In this document: one piece after another, positions 14,703 to 27,600 of the stretch
How positions within the stretch are numbered: position 1 is the first letter of the stretch
How the letters are laid out: the number at the start of each line of letters is the position of its first letter
NCBI GenBank assembly: GCA_052327205.1
Contig: CM126225.1
Coordinates: 13,578,001 to 13,642,000, forward strand
Length of the DNA: 64,000 nucleotides
Direction: 5' to 3'
Source: Somniosus microcephalus
Taxonomy: Eukaryota
The notes under the pieces: generated by a model
What the model was told of the DNA's origin: nothing
The model's database searches: none
What the model saw: the letters and a program-made list of their open reading frames with translations, nothing else
Program-made: the position numbers and the translations under genes

Positions 14703-15082
14703 AGGTGACTGGGTGATATAAGGGTTAGTGCATTGTCTGTTGAACTTGTGACCAGGGTTCAAATCCAGCCAGACCACTAGACAAAGGTCATCTCTCTCTG
14801 ACAGCTAGAAGCGTCCAATGTGAAATCAGTATGGCAGACTCAACCAAGTTTCTCGATCTATGTAGACTTAATTGCCTACATTTGACAGTAGTCTAAAAAC
14901 TTAGAGGCTGCAAAGAAATCAACAAATTTACAATTATGTAGTTCTGAGTTTGAGGTTAAGCATAATGTAGTCATCTATACTTGACCTGGGAACGCTTTGA
15001 TGCTGCAATTGGCTTCTCCGAGGAAGTGGGCCATTCCTTAGCACTGACATCGCTCAATTTGATCAGAATAAAAGTTCAGCAC
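14703..15082 (+). mobile_element. Ancient tRNA-derived SINE, LF-SINE-like
   Basis: Head ggtgactgggtga with B-box ggttcaaatcc. The body (ctgacagct, atgtgaaatcagt, gacctgggaacgctttgatgctg) is shared with ~49180-49619 and ~51205-51690. Confidence 0.45.
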
Positions 15083-16740
15083 AATTTGAACATAAACAAA
15101 AATGTCCTACCTAATGCTACGAGAACAGTTGCAGTTATGGTTCAATGATGCACCTACACTATTTACCACCTATGCTTATCGATACACTGTTTGATACCTA
15201 GATTTAATCTTATTTTGAAAATCGAATCATAAAGGTATATGCTAATTTTCTTCTGTCTATAACTGGCAGTCCTGGTACAAACTAGCATTTCACTGCAGTT
15301 CTGATGTCAATAACTCGTTAGCATACCAACACTATGACCGTGCTGATAATTCTGCAGTTTTTACTAAAAGGAAGATAAATTGTACAGGAACGTTTTACCT
15401 GACAGTTGGGGAAAATGCTGCCATTTAGTTTTAGTATTCTTTAACACTACATCCATTGAATAAAAATCCAAAATAATTCACTGACATCTTAACCGCAATT
15501 AACATTTCAGAATGAAGAATCGTCAAATAACTGGGTGACATTTTGGTGAATGTCATTTTTACTAATGCTATTTGCAACATCAAGTGCAACACTGCCTCAG
15601 ATAAACGTCCTCAACCTTCCCCCACCCATTCATACAGCTCTCCAGTCAAAATTCAACAAGGCACAATTTGTATACAAGTTTTAAAAAACTCTCATTACAT
15701 CTCATTCCTGCAAAAAAAAAAGCACTTTAAATTCCTGGAAGGTCACCCCAGTACTGACCAACTGTAAAATGCAAACAAAATGTCTTTGTACAAAACTGCA
15801 TACTGAAAGAAAATCAGAGTTCTGGTTATGGGTACCAAACATTTCACAAACTGGTGGAACATACTTTAGCTTTCATAAAAAGAAACGGTTTGCACTGTCC
15901 CCACAAGATTTAACCCATTCTTATGTGGACTGAAAAACAGGTTAAGTGAGGATTTTATGGTCCAGTCATCTACAAATGATTAGTGACTGTTAAATACAAA
16001 CTATTGATATCTCACAAATTGAAAGGATGAATAGATGAGATTGTGGGGAACCAAGCTTTTAATTTATTTGCATGTTCAACCCAGCTCCAATATTTAATCA
16101 ATGCACAGCATTAACAAATCAATATGGCCTGTAAAAAATGAAAGTCTTGATTATTCAGTTCAGACTTTCCAATAATTAAAATATTTCTGAAGTTCTCGTG
16201 AGGCAACTAGGTCTACACTAAAATAGGAAAAATGTTGAGCCTGCATCAAGAATTCACGAATTTAGCGCTGCACAAAAGCTACTTTGTAAACCTTAGTCAC
16301 AATGAGGAGTGGATTAGGCACGTATCCATCAGGAGCTAGCTAGACTGGGCATTCTTTTTGAAAGCCCATTCATTGTCTTGATTTCCGGTGCTATACAAAC
16401 TATTAAATAATAATCATCCCTGCACATCGTAAAACTCTCGCATTCTCTGCTCACAACAGCAGAGCACATACTTAATCACCTTGCATTTAAGCTTTCCTTC
16501 CAATCTTTCAATACAGACCATCAAATTGATTTCTTAATCAAATTACTGACCTCTAGTCTGTCTATCCTCTACAGCTACCTGTAAATAACATTTTCTGCAA
16601 GTCCAGTTGCATGCAAATTTTCCTGATCTTCTAAACCCTTCAGATTAATTTAAAGCCACTACTATCACATTTACTTTTCCTGGCCTGGCCTGTTGCATTT
16701 AGCAGGCTTGAACCATTTGATAACGGTAGTTAATAGTTCT

Positions 16741-16848
16741 GCATTACAACAGTGACTACACTCCAAAAGTACTTCATTGGCTATAAAGCACTTTGAGATG
16801 TCTGGTGGTCGTGAAAGGCGCTATATAAATGCAAGTCTTTCTTTTTTT
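16741..16848 (+). mobile_element. DeuSINE (SacSINE1-type) 3' tail fragment
   Basis: cattacaacagtgactacactccaaaagtacttcattggc...gaaaggcgctatataaatgcaagtctttcttt matches the tail of 43927-44334. Confidence 0.8.
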
Positions 16849-17049
16849 GCATCAAAGTAATTTTCAAAGTTACTTTTAATACAATGAATATCATGTTTTC
16901 GTGTTATTATACAGATCTTTAATGCGATTAGGATTCCACAAGTTTGTTTTTGCTGTTTTGATACAAAAGATATGTAGCTGATAGCTGCAGCCTTCACAAA
17001 CTCCAACGTGTCCAAACCTCTACTGCCAGCATCTTGTCCCCCTCCCTCC

Positions 17050-17397
17050 ACGAGTAGCCCCAGCTTCACTGACTTCCACTGGCTCCCTGACCCAACTTGA
17101 TTACAAATTCCTCCATAGTTTCATCCCATCCTACCTCTGCAACCTCCAGCCCCATGTCGTAGCTGTGCCTTTCATTTCTCCAACTCCCCATCCCTCCGTT
17201 CCACCACTAGTGGCAGAGCCTCCAGCCATCTTAGCCCCACTCAAACTCCCTCTCTTAACCCCTCTGCCTTGGCACTGCTCTCTCCACCTTGTTTTTGATC
17301 ATCTCTTCTAAAGCTGCTACTAATAGTTGCTATCCGTTTCAGCTCTGAAGTGTACTCAGACACTTTGTATGCTAAAGGTACTATATAAATGCAAGCA
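17050..17397 (+). mobile_element. Degraded L2 3' end
   Basis: ctgacttccactggctccc...aaaggtactatataaatgcaag is colinear with 62262-63170. Confidence 0.65.
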
Positions 17398-17660
17398 CAG
17401 TAAACTCTTGTTTAAACGGCACTTAATCATCCGGAATACTTTAATAACCGGCAAAATAGATAACCGGTAACCTTGCCGAATCCATCCAGCACTCATTTTG
17501 CCGAGTCCGAGTCTCCCGCGGTGGCCGAGTTAGTCAGTGGTTTTTATTTTAGTTTGTGTTAAAAATTGCCTTGGTAGGTATATAACCTCTGTTATCCAGA
17601 ATTTTTCATCAACCGGCACCATCCTGGTCCCGTAGGTGCCGGATAAGAAAGAGTTTACTG
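17398..17660. mobile_element. Tc1/mariner (pogo/Tigger-like) MITE
   Basis: TIR cagtaaactcttgtttaaacggcac...gtgccggataagaaagagtttactg with repeated subterminal (t)atccgg/aaccgg motifs. A TA TSD is not preserved. Confidence 0.75.
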
Positions 17661-18789
17661 TCGTAGTTATTGCTGTTGATAGTGATGCTCAGTGTTCAAA
17701 CTCAAGCCTCAATGAGATGGTCCACACTGTTTGAACAAATACAACGGTGTTTACGCACAAATGCTCATCACACACAGAGTACTAATATTATTTTGCCATT
17801 TCCCCCCTCTCCTCCCCAATTTGTCCCGTCCTGGCGTTCACAACTCATGCTGGGATAGTGTTTCACAAGCACCAGCTACGCTCTGCCATTTCGCTCAAGT
17901 GCTAATTATTGGGTGAGCCTTGACAGATTATTTGATCATGGTGGGCATTACAGATCCTAGCCTCACCCAATGTCCATAGAATCATAGATTGATACAGCAC
18001 AGAAGGAGTCTATTTGACCAATCATGCCCCTGTGCCAGTTCTTTGAAAGAGCTCTCCAATTAGTCCATTCACCTGCTCTTTCCCCATAGCCTAGTAAATG
18101 TTTTTCCTTCAAGTATTTATCGAATTCCCTTTTCAAAGTTACGACTGAATCTGCTTCCACCATCCTTTCAGGCTGTGCATGCCAGATAACAACAACACGC
18201 CACGAAAAAAAAAATCCTCATGTCGCCTCTAGTTCTTTTACCAATCACCATAATCCGCTGGTTACCAACCATTCTGTCACTGGAAACAGTTTCTCCTTAT
18301 TTACTCCATCAAAACCCTTCATGATTTTGAACGCCTCTATCAAATCTCCTCGTAACCTTCTCTGTTCTCAGGAGAACAACCCCAGCTTCTCCAGACTTAC
18401 CACATAACTGAAGTCCCTCATCCCTGGTACCATTCTAGTAAATCTCTTCTGCACCCTCTCCAAGGCCTTGACATCCTTCCTAAAGTGTGGTGCCCAGAAT
18501 TCAACACAATACTCCAGCTGAGGCCGTACCAGTGTTTTATTAAGGTTTAGCATAACTTCCTTGCTTTTGTACTTTATGCCTCTATTAATAAAAAATATGG
18601 GATCCTTTGCTTTGCTTTAACAGTCTTCTCAGCTTTTCCTGTAAACTTCAACGATTTGTGTACATATACCCCCCAGGTCTCTCTGTGCCTGCACCCCCTT
18701 TAAAATTGTACCTTTTAGTTCATATTGCCTCTCCTCAAACTTCCTACCAAAATGCATCACTTCACACTTCTCTGCGTTAAATTTCGTCT

Positions 18790-19573
18790 TTCGGGAATGG
18801 TAGTATAACGGTTATTTTACTGGACTAGTGATCCGGAGCCACGAGTTCAAATCCCACCACTGCAGCGGCGGAATATTCAGATAATTTAAATAAATCTGGA
18901 ATAAAAAGCTAGTACAGGAAACTGTGCGCTATCCGGCACCGACGGGACCGAGCTGTTGCCGTTCCCTCAAAACTGCCGGACACACCAGCGTTAATGTTGA
19001 AGCATACGGAGCTTTTCATCTCCGTATCTGACAACAAACACTGTTGCTTAGCAACAGCTTCTAAACAGTCGGCCCATGCCTTGGAAGCGTCTCTCTGAAG
19101 CTGTTGCTAAGCTACAGAGGCTTTGCAGAGCCTGACTGTTGAAAAAAAAGCCACGAGAAGAAAAAAAACCTAACAAAATGGCTCCTGATTTTTGCTGGTG
19201 GCTCGAGCTTGCCGGACATTTAGCCTCCGGATAACACAAAGTTTCCTGTATCAGTAATGGTGACCATGAAACTATCGGATTGTCGTAAATACCCATCTGG
19301 TTCACTAATGTCCTTTAGGGAAGGAAATCTACCGTGCTTATCTGCTCTGGCTTATATGTGACTCCAGACCCACAGCAATGTGGTTGACTCTTAACTGCCC
19401 TCTGAAATGGCCCAGCAAGATACTCAGTTGTACCAAACCGCTACAAAAACCACACGGACTGCAGCAGTTCAAGAAAGCGGCTCACCACCATCTTCTCAAG
19501 GGCAAGTAGGGATGGACAATAAATGCTGGCCTTGCCAGCGAAGCCCACATCCCAGGAATGAATCAACAACAAA
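18790..19573 (+). mobile_element. tRNA-derived SINE with a LINE-derived tail, inserted in CR1
   Basis: A/B-box head (tggtagtataacgg; gagttcaaatcc) and a tail shared with the LINE ends at 20060-20358 and 50842-51145. An 11-bp TSD aaatttc(g/a)tct is at 18779-18789 and 19574-19584. Confidence 0.85.
18915..19248. mobile_element. Tc1/mariner-type MITE (334 bp), TA TSD, copy A
   Basis: TA|caggaaactgtgcgctatccgg...ccggataacacaaagtttcctg|TA. It is nested in the SINE, and an opposite-orientation copy is at 44739-45090. Confidence 0.9.
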
Positions 19574-20059
19574 AAATTTCATCTGCCATGTGTCTGCCCA
19601 TTTCACCAGCTTGTCTTTGTCCTCCTGAAGTCTGCTACTATCCTCCTCATTGTTTACTACATTTCTGAGTTTTGTGTCATTTGAAATTATGTCCTGCATA
19701 CCCAAATCTAGATCATTAATATATATCAAAAAGAGCAGTGATCCTAATACCAACCCCTGGGGAACACCACTGTACACTTCCCTCCAGTCCAAAAAACACT
19801 GTTCACCACTACTCTGCTTTCTGCCCCTTAGCCAATTTCGTATCCACGCTGCCACTGTCCCTTTAATCCCATGGGCTTTAATTTTGCTTACAAGTACGAG
19901 CATTTCCAGTTGGGATCACTGGATAGCAATCAAGAACTGGAACCTTGGCCTAGTCTCCTTCAAAATCCAATGGTATGGAGACCAATTAAAGCAACCTTGC
20001 TACCACGACCTCAGCTGATATCAGCTAACTCAGCGCAGAGTAGGACCGTATGAATATGT

Positions 20060-20358
20060 CCCAAACGCGCGCCCTCCGCCACCCAGAAGGGGAAGGGCAG
20101 CAGGCGCTTGGGAATACCATCACCTCCAAGCGTCCCTTCAAGTCACACAGCATTCCAACTTAGACATATATCGCCATTCCTTCATCATCGCTGGGCCAAA
20201 ATCCGAGAACTCCTTACCTGATGGCACTGTGGGAGCACCTTCAACACACAGACTGCAGCGATTCAAGGCGGCGGCTCACCAGCCCCCTCTCGAGGGCAAT
20301 TAGGGATGAGGAATAAATGCTGGCCTTGCCAGTGACACCCACATCCCAAGAATGAAAA
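20060..20358 (+). mobile_element. 3' end of a CR1/L2-group LINE
   Basis: Reverse-complement homolog of 50842-51145, which encodes SWNSLPNSTVG...RFKKAAHHHLL. Confidence 0.75.
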
Positions 20359-20733
20359 ACAAATTGTGCACATAGAACATAAAACCACCATTTCAGCATT
20401 TATTTTTAATCAACGAATAATAGTGTTAATTTTAATGCTTAGGTGAGCACTTTTTAAGAACCCTTTTTTCCCTCCAATGGCTCAATTGAGAAATCACAAA
20501 ATCAAAATGTAATTTCTCAACTTTTACAACTGTATGTCATTTTTTTTTTTTATAAAAGAGCGACATGTAAGGTCTTACACTACAGGTCCAACATAATAGT
20601 ATTAGTACTGTTAGCTAACTCGAGAGCTAGTTTTAGCGAGTGTAATAATGAAAAATTAATTGGTGCTAATTTTCAGCATTTCCAGAAAAAATGGGTTTAA
20701 TTTCTGAATACAGAATGCGGAGATGCAACATTA

Positions 20734-21054
<321 letters not shown>

Positions 21055-22666
21055 CTATAAGGAAAGAAAATAATTTGTTATAGTCACTGTGTAATTACAA
21101 AAAGTATTTACATTTTAGTAAAGTGGGTCACCAATATAAATGGAGTGATACAAAAATCAACACTTGATTCAACCCATTCTGAATGTGGAAAACATTCCTC
21201 GCGTCAAATTAAATTAGATTTTTTTAAGTTTACAGGACTGATTGATTTTATTTTAAAAAGTAATTTTATTTAGGGGATGAATGATACCAAATGTTGCTAA
21301 AGTACATATGGCATATCTGCCAAATGATTACCTAACTAATCTGTTCTATTCTTTCCCCACCCCCATTTTCACCCTTTGTAGGCATTTCCCCTCAGCTGCG
21401 CAATGATTCTGAGTTTGGAGGGGAAGGATGAAGACTCCTCTACACAATTCTGAGACCAAGGTGGGTGGTTCGCAGCTCCTCAGATATGCAGCAAGACCTG
21501 AACAACAATGGAGGTGTTATTCAAGGTGGATGATAGCCAAAATCAGCTTTCGATATTACATGCTGCTTCCATAAGCATTCCAACTAATGATCTCGCCAAG
21601 AATTGATGAAGCTGCTCTATAGGAATATAAACACAGATTCCAAAGATAAGCAAACCTGGGACCTGAAGTCAATCACCTGTTTGTCTGTCAGGCAATCAAC
21701 TGCCAAAACTAGTGAACATGTATTTTTTCGAACTTCTTCCCATACCCATCTGTGATGGTACATGTTCAAATGGTTTAAAATCTTATACAGTACTACTGGA
21801 TATTAGTTCAAGATGATGGATTGGCACAAGACTGTAATTTGTATAATTAATCATTTTAGAGCACAGACTTCAACAGCTGAACTTGTATTAAGCGGTGGAG
21901 CAGTTTTAGAATCCTAAAGTAACTCAATATTAGGGAGGGGGTGTGGAAATACAATTTATATTTCAGAGAGAATTGTCAAGAGTGTTTTACAAGGTAGGAG
22001 AGATAATGGGAATCAAGCAGGAAGGAAAACTGATGGGAGTGACACAAACATTAGTGGGTGGGCAGATCGAAAGCAAGGATGAAGACAGGAGTTTGGAAAA
22101 GCTTTTTGAAGTGCAGGGAACAGGGAAAGTGTCAAGCCAGAGGGAACTAGGCATAAGGTTTCCAGAGGACGGCCCAGTGACTGGAATAGCATTTCTTTTC
22201 TTTTTTTAAACACATCTTCAACTTTCATCATGACAATCAGTATAAATTAACCCCTAAGTGTATTGAATTAAAGAAAATATAGGACCACATAAAAATCTAA
22301 AAAGGATAAATTTCTCAAAAGCACAACATTTTAATTTCCATAACTGATAATTTAAAAGGTTGGTGTAAAAGAATCATTTCAATTCAGGGCAAATACTTAC
22401 CCATTTTCTGACTTCCACTTATTTATTTTTCTGGAAGAGTTATAATTTGGCATCTCAACCTTGCAGAAATGTGTTTTCATTTTTTAATAAAATGAAACTT
22501 AACGTTACAAATAAGTTTGTGTCATGGGCTTATACGTTCAGTAGTATTTAATTTCAGCCCCAGCTATTTTTGGACGGCAAATATAAGGATTCCCATCTCA
22601 GACTTTTATAAGCTCAAGTCTCTGGCTTGCCTTTACTTTGAAGGGATTTGACAGTTTGCAGACAGA

Positions 22667-22680
22667 CCACTAGATGGCGG
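22667..22680 (+). promoter_or_regulatory. Candidate CTCF site
   Basis: CCACTAGATGGCGG matches the CTCF core consensus CCASYAGRKGGCRS, lies in unique sequence and has tgcag 5 nt upstream. Confidence 0.5.
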
Positions 22681-23939
22681 GGCATGCTGGGTTGAGACGT
22701 CATGAAATTCTAATATTGATTTTTGACAACCAATCCATCAATATATAAAACTGCTGAAGCAGCTGATTTAATATTGACCCACGGTGATGTACTATTCTAT
22801 CTAAATCACTGTTAACCCCCTGAATAACAAACGGTCTTAACATACAAAACATCTGTCTCTTTCAACTATCTGTACAAAGTGATTTACTCTAAATTTCAGT
22901 CTGGCCATTCCTGTTTCATAAAATCCAAATTTTGGATATCAAGCAGGAATGACTAGTACTACAAAACTAATCATGGATTTCTGAAACTAAAACATTGATT
23001 CTGCAATTTACCGAATACAATATTACTAAGGTACTAATCTAATAAAACATTTTGAAGCTACTGAAGTATAACATTTTACATTTAAAATTTTACACGGTGA
23101 ACACAGCTCTCAGCAGTCAACTGCAAAAGCAACTTAGTATGATTAAAATCTAGTTAAGCGTGTCTAAATTATTCATGACACACAAATAACAAGCTGAGGG
23201 TTATAACCTATTCTTACTGGATAGCTCAACAGCTCTAAAAGCAGTCTGAATTTTTGCCTCAACTAACTTTTAACCTCACCTTACTGACCTAGTTTCAGAG
23301 TTCTCCATCTCATATGATGCTATGCGGTTTGTTACGCCTGGCTGAAATCCTCAGGGAAACTATAAATGTCAACATAGGAGGGTTTTTTATTGAGATTTCA
23401 TGACACGTTTTTAAACTTGCATCTTAATGGATATCTTGGAGAGGAAAAAAAAGTATTTAACACCGAATGCCTAAATCTCCCTGTAATTTCAGCCAGCATC
23501 AACCCAGTGTGACGTCATGATCTGATGGCCAGTGACGATTCACAACCTCTCAAACAACTGTGAGCAGCTGGCATCAGTAAATGGAAAACACCAACTTTGA
23601 AACTTCTTGGAACCAGCAAATGAAAGGCTGCCCTTTGTATAAAATTAAAAATCATTTTTACTCTGGAGTTTCCTTTAACATATGCTCCCCTCTGTTGTGG
23701 AGTCTGGACTACAGGTGGCAAGCGTGATTTAACTTTTTAAACAGGGATGGGGGAAAAATATTTGCAGACAAGTTTTAGAATAGTGGTTTATCCTTTCCTT
23801 CATTTTACTCCCCCTCCCCTTTGAGCAAATAAACTTCTGGACTTTCTACCCCGCCCCCGCCACAGTTTGCCACTGTTTGATTAAGGTGGTGATAAATTTA
23901 ACTGCAATGGCCTTAAGTTCATATCAAGATGGTAAGCAA

Positions 23940-24320
23940 AAAAAATTGCAGATATTGGAAATCCGATATAAAAACAGCAAGTGCTAGAAACACTCAGTAG
24001 GTCAGTGCACATTTGTGGAAAGGACAAATTAATGGTTCAGGTGCGGACCCTTAGAAGGGATGTGAGGAAACATCTACACCTGAAATTTTAACTTCTTACT
24101 GGATAGCTCAGCAGCTCTAAAAGCAGACTGAATTTTTACCTCAGCTAACTTTTAACCTCGAAAGGTCATCGACCTGAAACGTTAACTGTTTCTCTCGCCA
24201 CAGATGCTGCCTGACCTGCTGAGTATTTCTAGCATTTTCTGTTTTACCTTATCTGTTCTTTCCACAGATGCAGACTGACATGCCGAGTGACTGACTGCAG
24301 CATTTACTGTTTTGTTTCAT
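23940..24320. mobile_element. Penelope-like terminal repeat fragments (inverted and direct) with a truncated hammerhead motif at 24159-24188
   Basis: gaaaggtcatcgacctgaaacgttaact...acagatgctgcctgacctgctgagtatttc is shared with 45900-46030, and an inverted degenerate copy is at 23940-24050. Confidence 0.75.
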
Positions 24321-24466
24321 ATCAAGATGGACCAGTTTTAATGAAAGCTCGAGGGGCTGAATGGCCTACTCCTGTTTCTATGTTCCTCAGGGTTTTGTGT
24401 TTTATTCAAACACAGAGAAGACAACCTCTGCAGGTTATAGCAACTGACATTGCAGTGTTAAAATTA

Positions 24467-24652
<186 letters not shown>

Positions 24653-27600
24653 TTAGTCATAATTACTTGCTCAGAGGGTCTGGTGGGTAAAGATCTTGCC
24701 TTGGAGTGCAGAGGCCAGAAAGCTAGTGAACCAAACAAAAGCCATTCTCACAGCTTAGATTTTTAACAGCACTCATTCCAGGTTTTTGTACAGTAGTGAA
24801 GATTAGATAATACGCAGGTGCAATGACTGCACACTAATCATCTTTTTACTTAAATTAAAACAATGTGAAGAATCTACTATCTTCTCATGTTATCATTTGC
24901 CATGCTAAAAACTGAAGTTGCAAATGCACTTGATGGGTTAATATTTTATAAATGTAGTGATTTTAAATGCTTGAGTGCATAATTATACAGCCTGATTTAA
25001 CTTCTTAAACAAGGTCAGGGAAAAAAATATTTGCAGACATATATTTTTAAACTGCGGATTTAGCTGATGTATTGGCCAAGGATTTATTTTGATTTTTTTT
25101 CCCTAACCAGAGACACAAATCTTTAATTGACACCATCTTAAAGTTTTCCTTTTGTTTTTTTTGAGGTGGCAGTGGAGGGGAGGGGTAAAGGAAGATGGCA
25201 AATAGGAAGAGAGTTCATAATCACAAGTTGTAGTCTTGAAGTTTTTATATAAACCTTGGCAGACCGACCCTTGGATACACATTCCTGATCTGGTATGGAT
25301 ATCTTGCATTTATTTTGTGACTCAGAAGACCACGTAACCAGCATTCACAAACAATGCAGCTCTTTTCAGGGTGTGTGCGCGCGTGTGCAGTTCCATACCA
25401 GATTGAATAGCTGTCCACAGAACAGTTTGATGTAACAAATTCATGGCTTTCAGTTTAAAATATCCTTGATGGATTAATGAAAACTGAGCATTGTGATAGA
25501 CCTATAATTGCCGTGTACACCTTATTAGGTTTCTGAATGCTATCAATAAAGATATCAAACTACAAATAGCAATGAAGGTGTTTACTTGCAATTATTTCTA
25601 ATATTTTGCACAGCGAAGGGGGGGGGAAATCACTAAAACAGCTACTAACTCAACAGAATTTCAATATAATTTTACAATCACATGGATAATATTTACAGAC
25701 CCACAAAGTTGGATGCACTAATAGAACAAATGATTGAAGCAGTGGATGACTATGGTGCTGTTCTTTCCACGAGACTATATTAGTAAGGAATCCAGACTTT
25801 GCCGAACTGGGCCTTCATAGGGTTGGAATCAATGTAATTAACAACCCTTTAAAGTGAAATTTAACAAACCATATTACAGGGTTTAATTTTTCCAGGGCGA
25901 TCGGGCGAGGAAGCAGCATTTTATCTGCCACTATTTAAGAATCAAGTTAAAGAGTAAGTTTACAAAAAGTATTCAAAGATTTGTATTTTTACTAGGTCCG
26001 ATTAAGCAGTTTCAAAACACATTTTAATCTTAATGTTGGTTACAAATAAAGTATATACAGAAATCCTATGATTAGCTATTACCGATTCCGCCACCAGAGG
26101 CTGCACTTTATACACATTTGATAAGGTTGGGCTTAGAAAGTGCTAAGTGTTTACTTCTCCCTGCATGCAGGGTTTTACGGTCAAAGTGCCTGAAAGTATT
26201 GTGCTTCCAAACCTCAGTCCCAGATATCCAAAAATTAAAATTCAGCTATCAAATTTAAAATTGAATACAAGCCACAATAGCCAATGTATAAACTGTATAA
26301 CGCAGCAACTTGCCCACCATCACTAAAATACTTTCAGGTTTTAGACCAAATACACTGATGCAGGAGTCTAAGCTGTGAAAAGGACTTTTTGCAAAGAAAA
26401 TTAAACTTTCAACAGTACTAATCAAACTATGTTTAAGAGTCATACAAATCTTTAATCCACTCAACCAGCCAAACAAAGCAAATGGGACAGCCTAGCACTT
26501 TACTACCACATATCTAAGTCAGAAGTACACACTCAGCAGCTGTTTGCCGAGCTGTGACAGAACAAACTACTTACCTTAGATGCTCAACTACTTTAGAGAA
26601 ATACAAGCTGGTTTCTAGATGGCAAAATGGTGTAATTTGAATTATAAATAAAAATTTGCAGGATTTAACCAAACAATTTACAGACACATCTCAATCAGCC
26701 TTACTGATTTTTTTTAAGGTGCAAGCCAATTTACAAAATAGCATATTGATTAGACACTGGGTGCAGACTTAATCTGTACAAGACGAATACTACAAAAACA
26801 TGGTGTGTTATAGAAGTCATTGACTTGTATAACGTATTTGGGTGCATTGTGAAGGGACTCAGACTAGGTTGCTGTACAGATTAAGAATGTAATATTCCTC
26901 ATACAATTATTAGTGAAAGATTTTATATTTATGTTTATTTGCAGTAGCAAGTGCAAGTACCCAGCAAATGGGTAAAATCAACTCTTGGACAATACTACAA
27001 ATTGATATTGAATAGATTTGAATTTTTAAGTAACACAAACAACAAAGTCTCTTCTCAGCATTGAATCCCTAATGGACAACAATTAACACTCAGGACAGAT
27101 GCATTTTAAATAATTTTACTAAGAAAAAAGGTAATGAATATCAAGCAGCAGAATGAACGCTAAACAGAGAAGGAAAATAAGCCTTTTATATTGGTGCACT
27201 GATGACAAAGAGGGATAGTAATTCAGTCTGAAAAAAAAAATTACCACTGCTAAGTTTACCATCACCACAACATCTCCAGGATCAAAATGCTGTAAAAAAG
27301 AAATACCACTTGTTAGGTGGGAACAGTGAAGAAACAAGCGTTGTTTAGCAAAAGAGGACAGCATAAGGTATTAGTGAAGACAGGGGCAGCTTCAGCTTGG
27401 CATACAGCAGGATTATGGCCCATTCCTAGCAGCTATTTTCCTGCCCCATATTTCCATTTCCTTTTCTGGCAGTATGTAGGGAGGTAATGTGGCTTTCTTT
27501 TCATCTCCTGTTTCTAAGTACACTTTCACTCCATGTTTGCTATTTGAAGGATTCAAGGTGTAAAATATACTCAAACTGAAACAGTAAACTCTAAATCCAG

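Larger units (their letters stand above)
17975..19895 (-). mobile_element. CR1 LINE 3' portion interrupted by a SINE (18790-19573)
   Basis: ORF 18368..18553 (LVRPQLEYCVEFWAPHFRKDVKALERVQKRFTRM) and ORF 19496..19903 (SGVPQGLVLGSLLFLIYINDLD). The tail catagaatcatag is at 17975. Confidence 0.92.

Noticed and set aside
17200-17218. Second CTCF-like motif ccactagtggcag
   Set aside because: One base short of the consensus and explained by the L2 tail sequence.
23510-23517. Perfect CRE palindrome TGACGTCA
   Set aside because: A single 8-mer in 64 kb is compatible with chance and has no supporting context.
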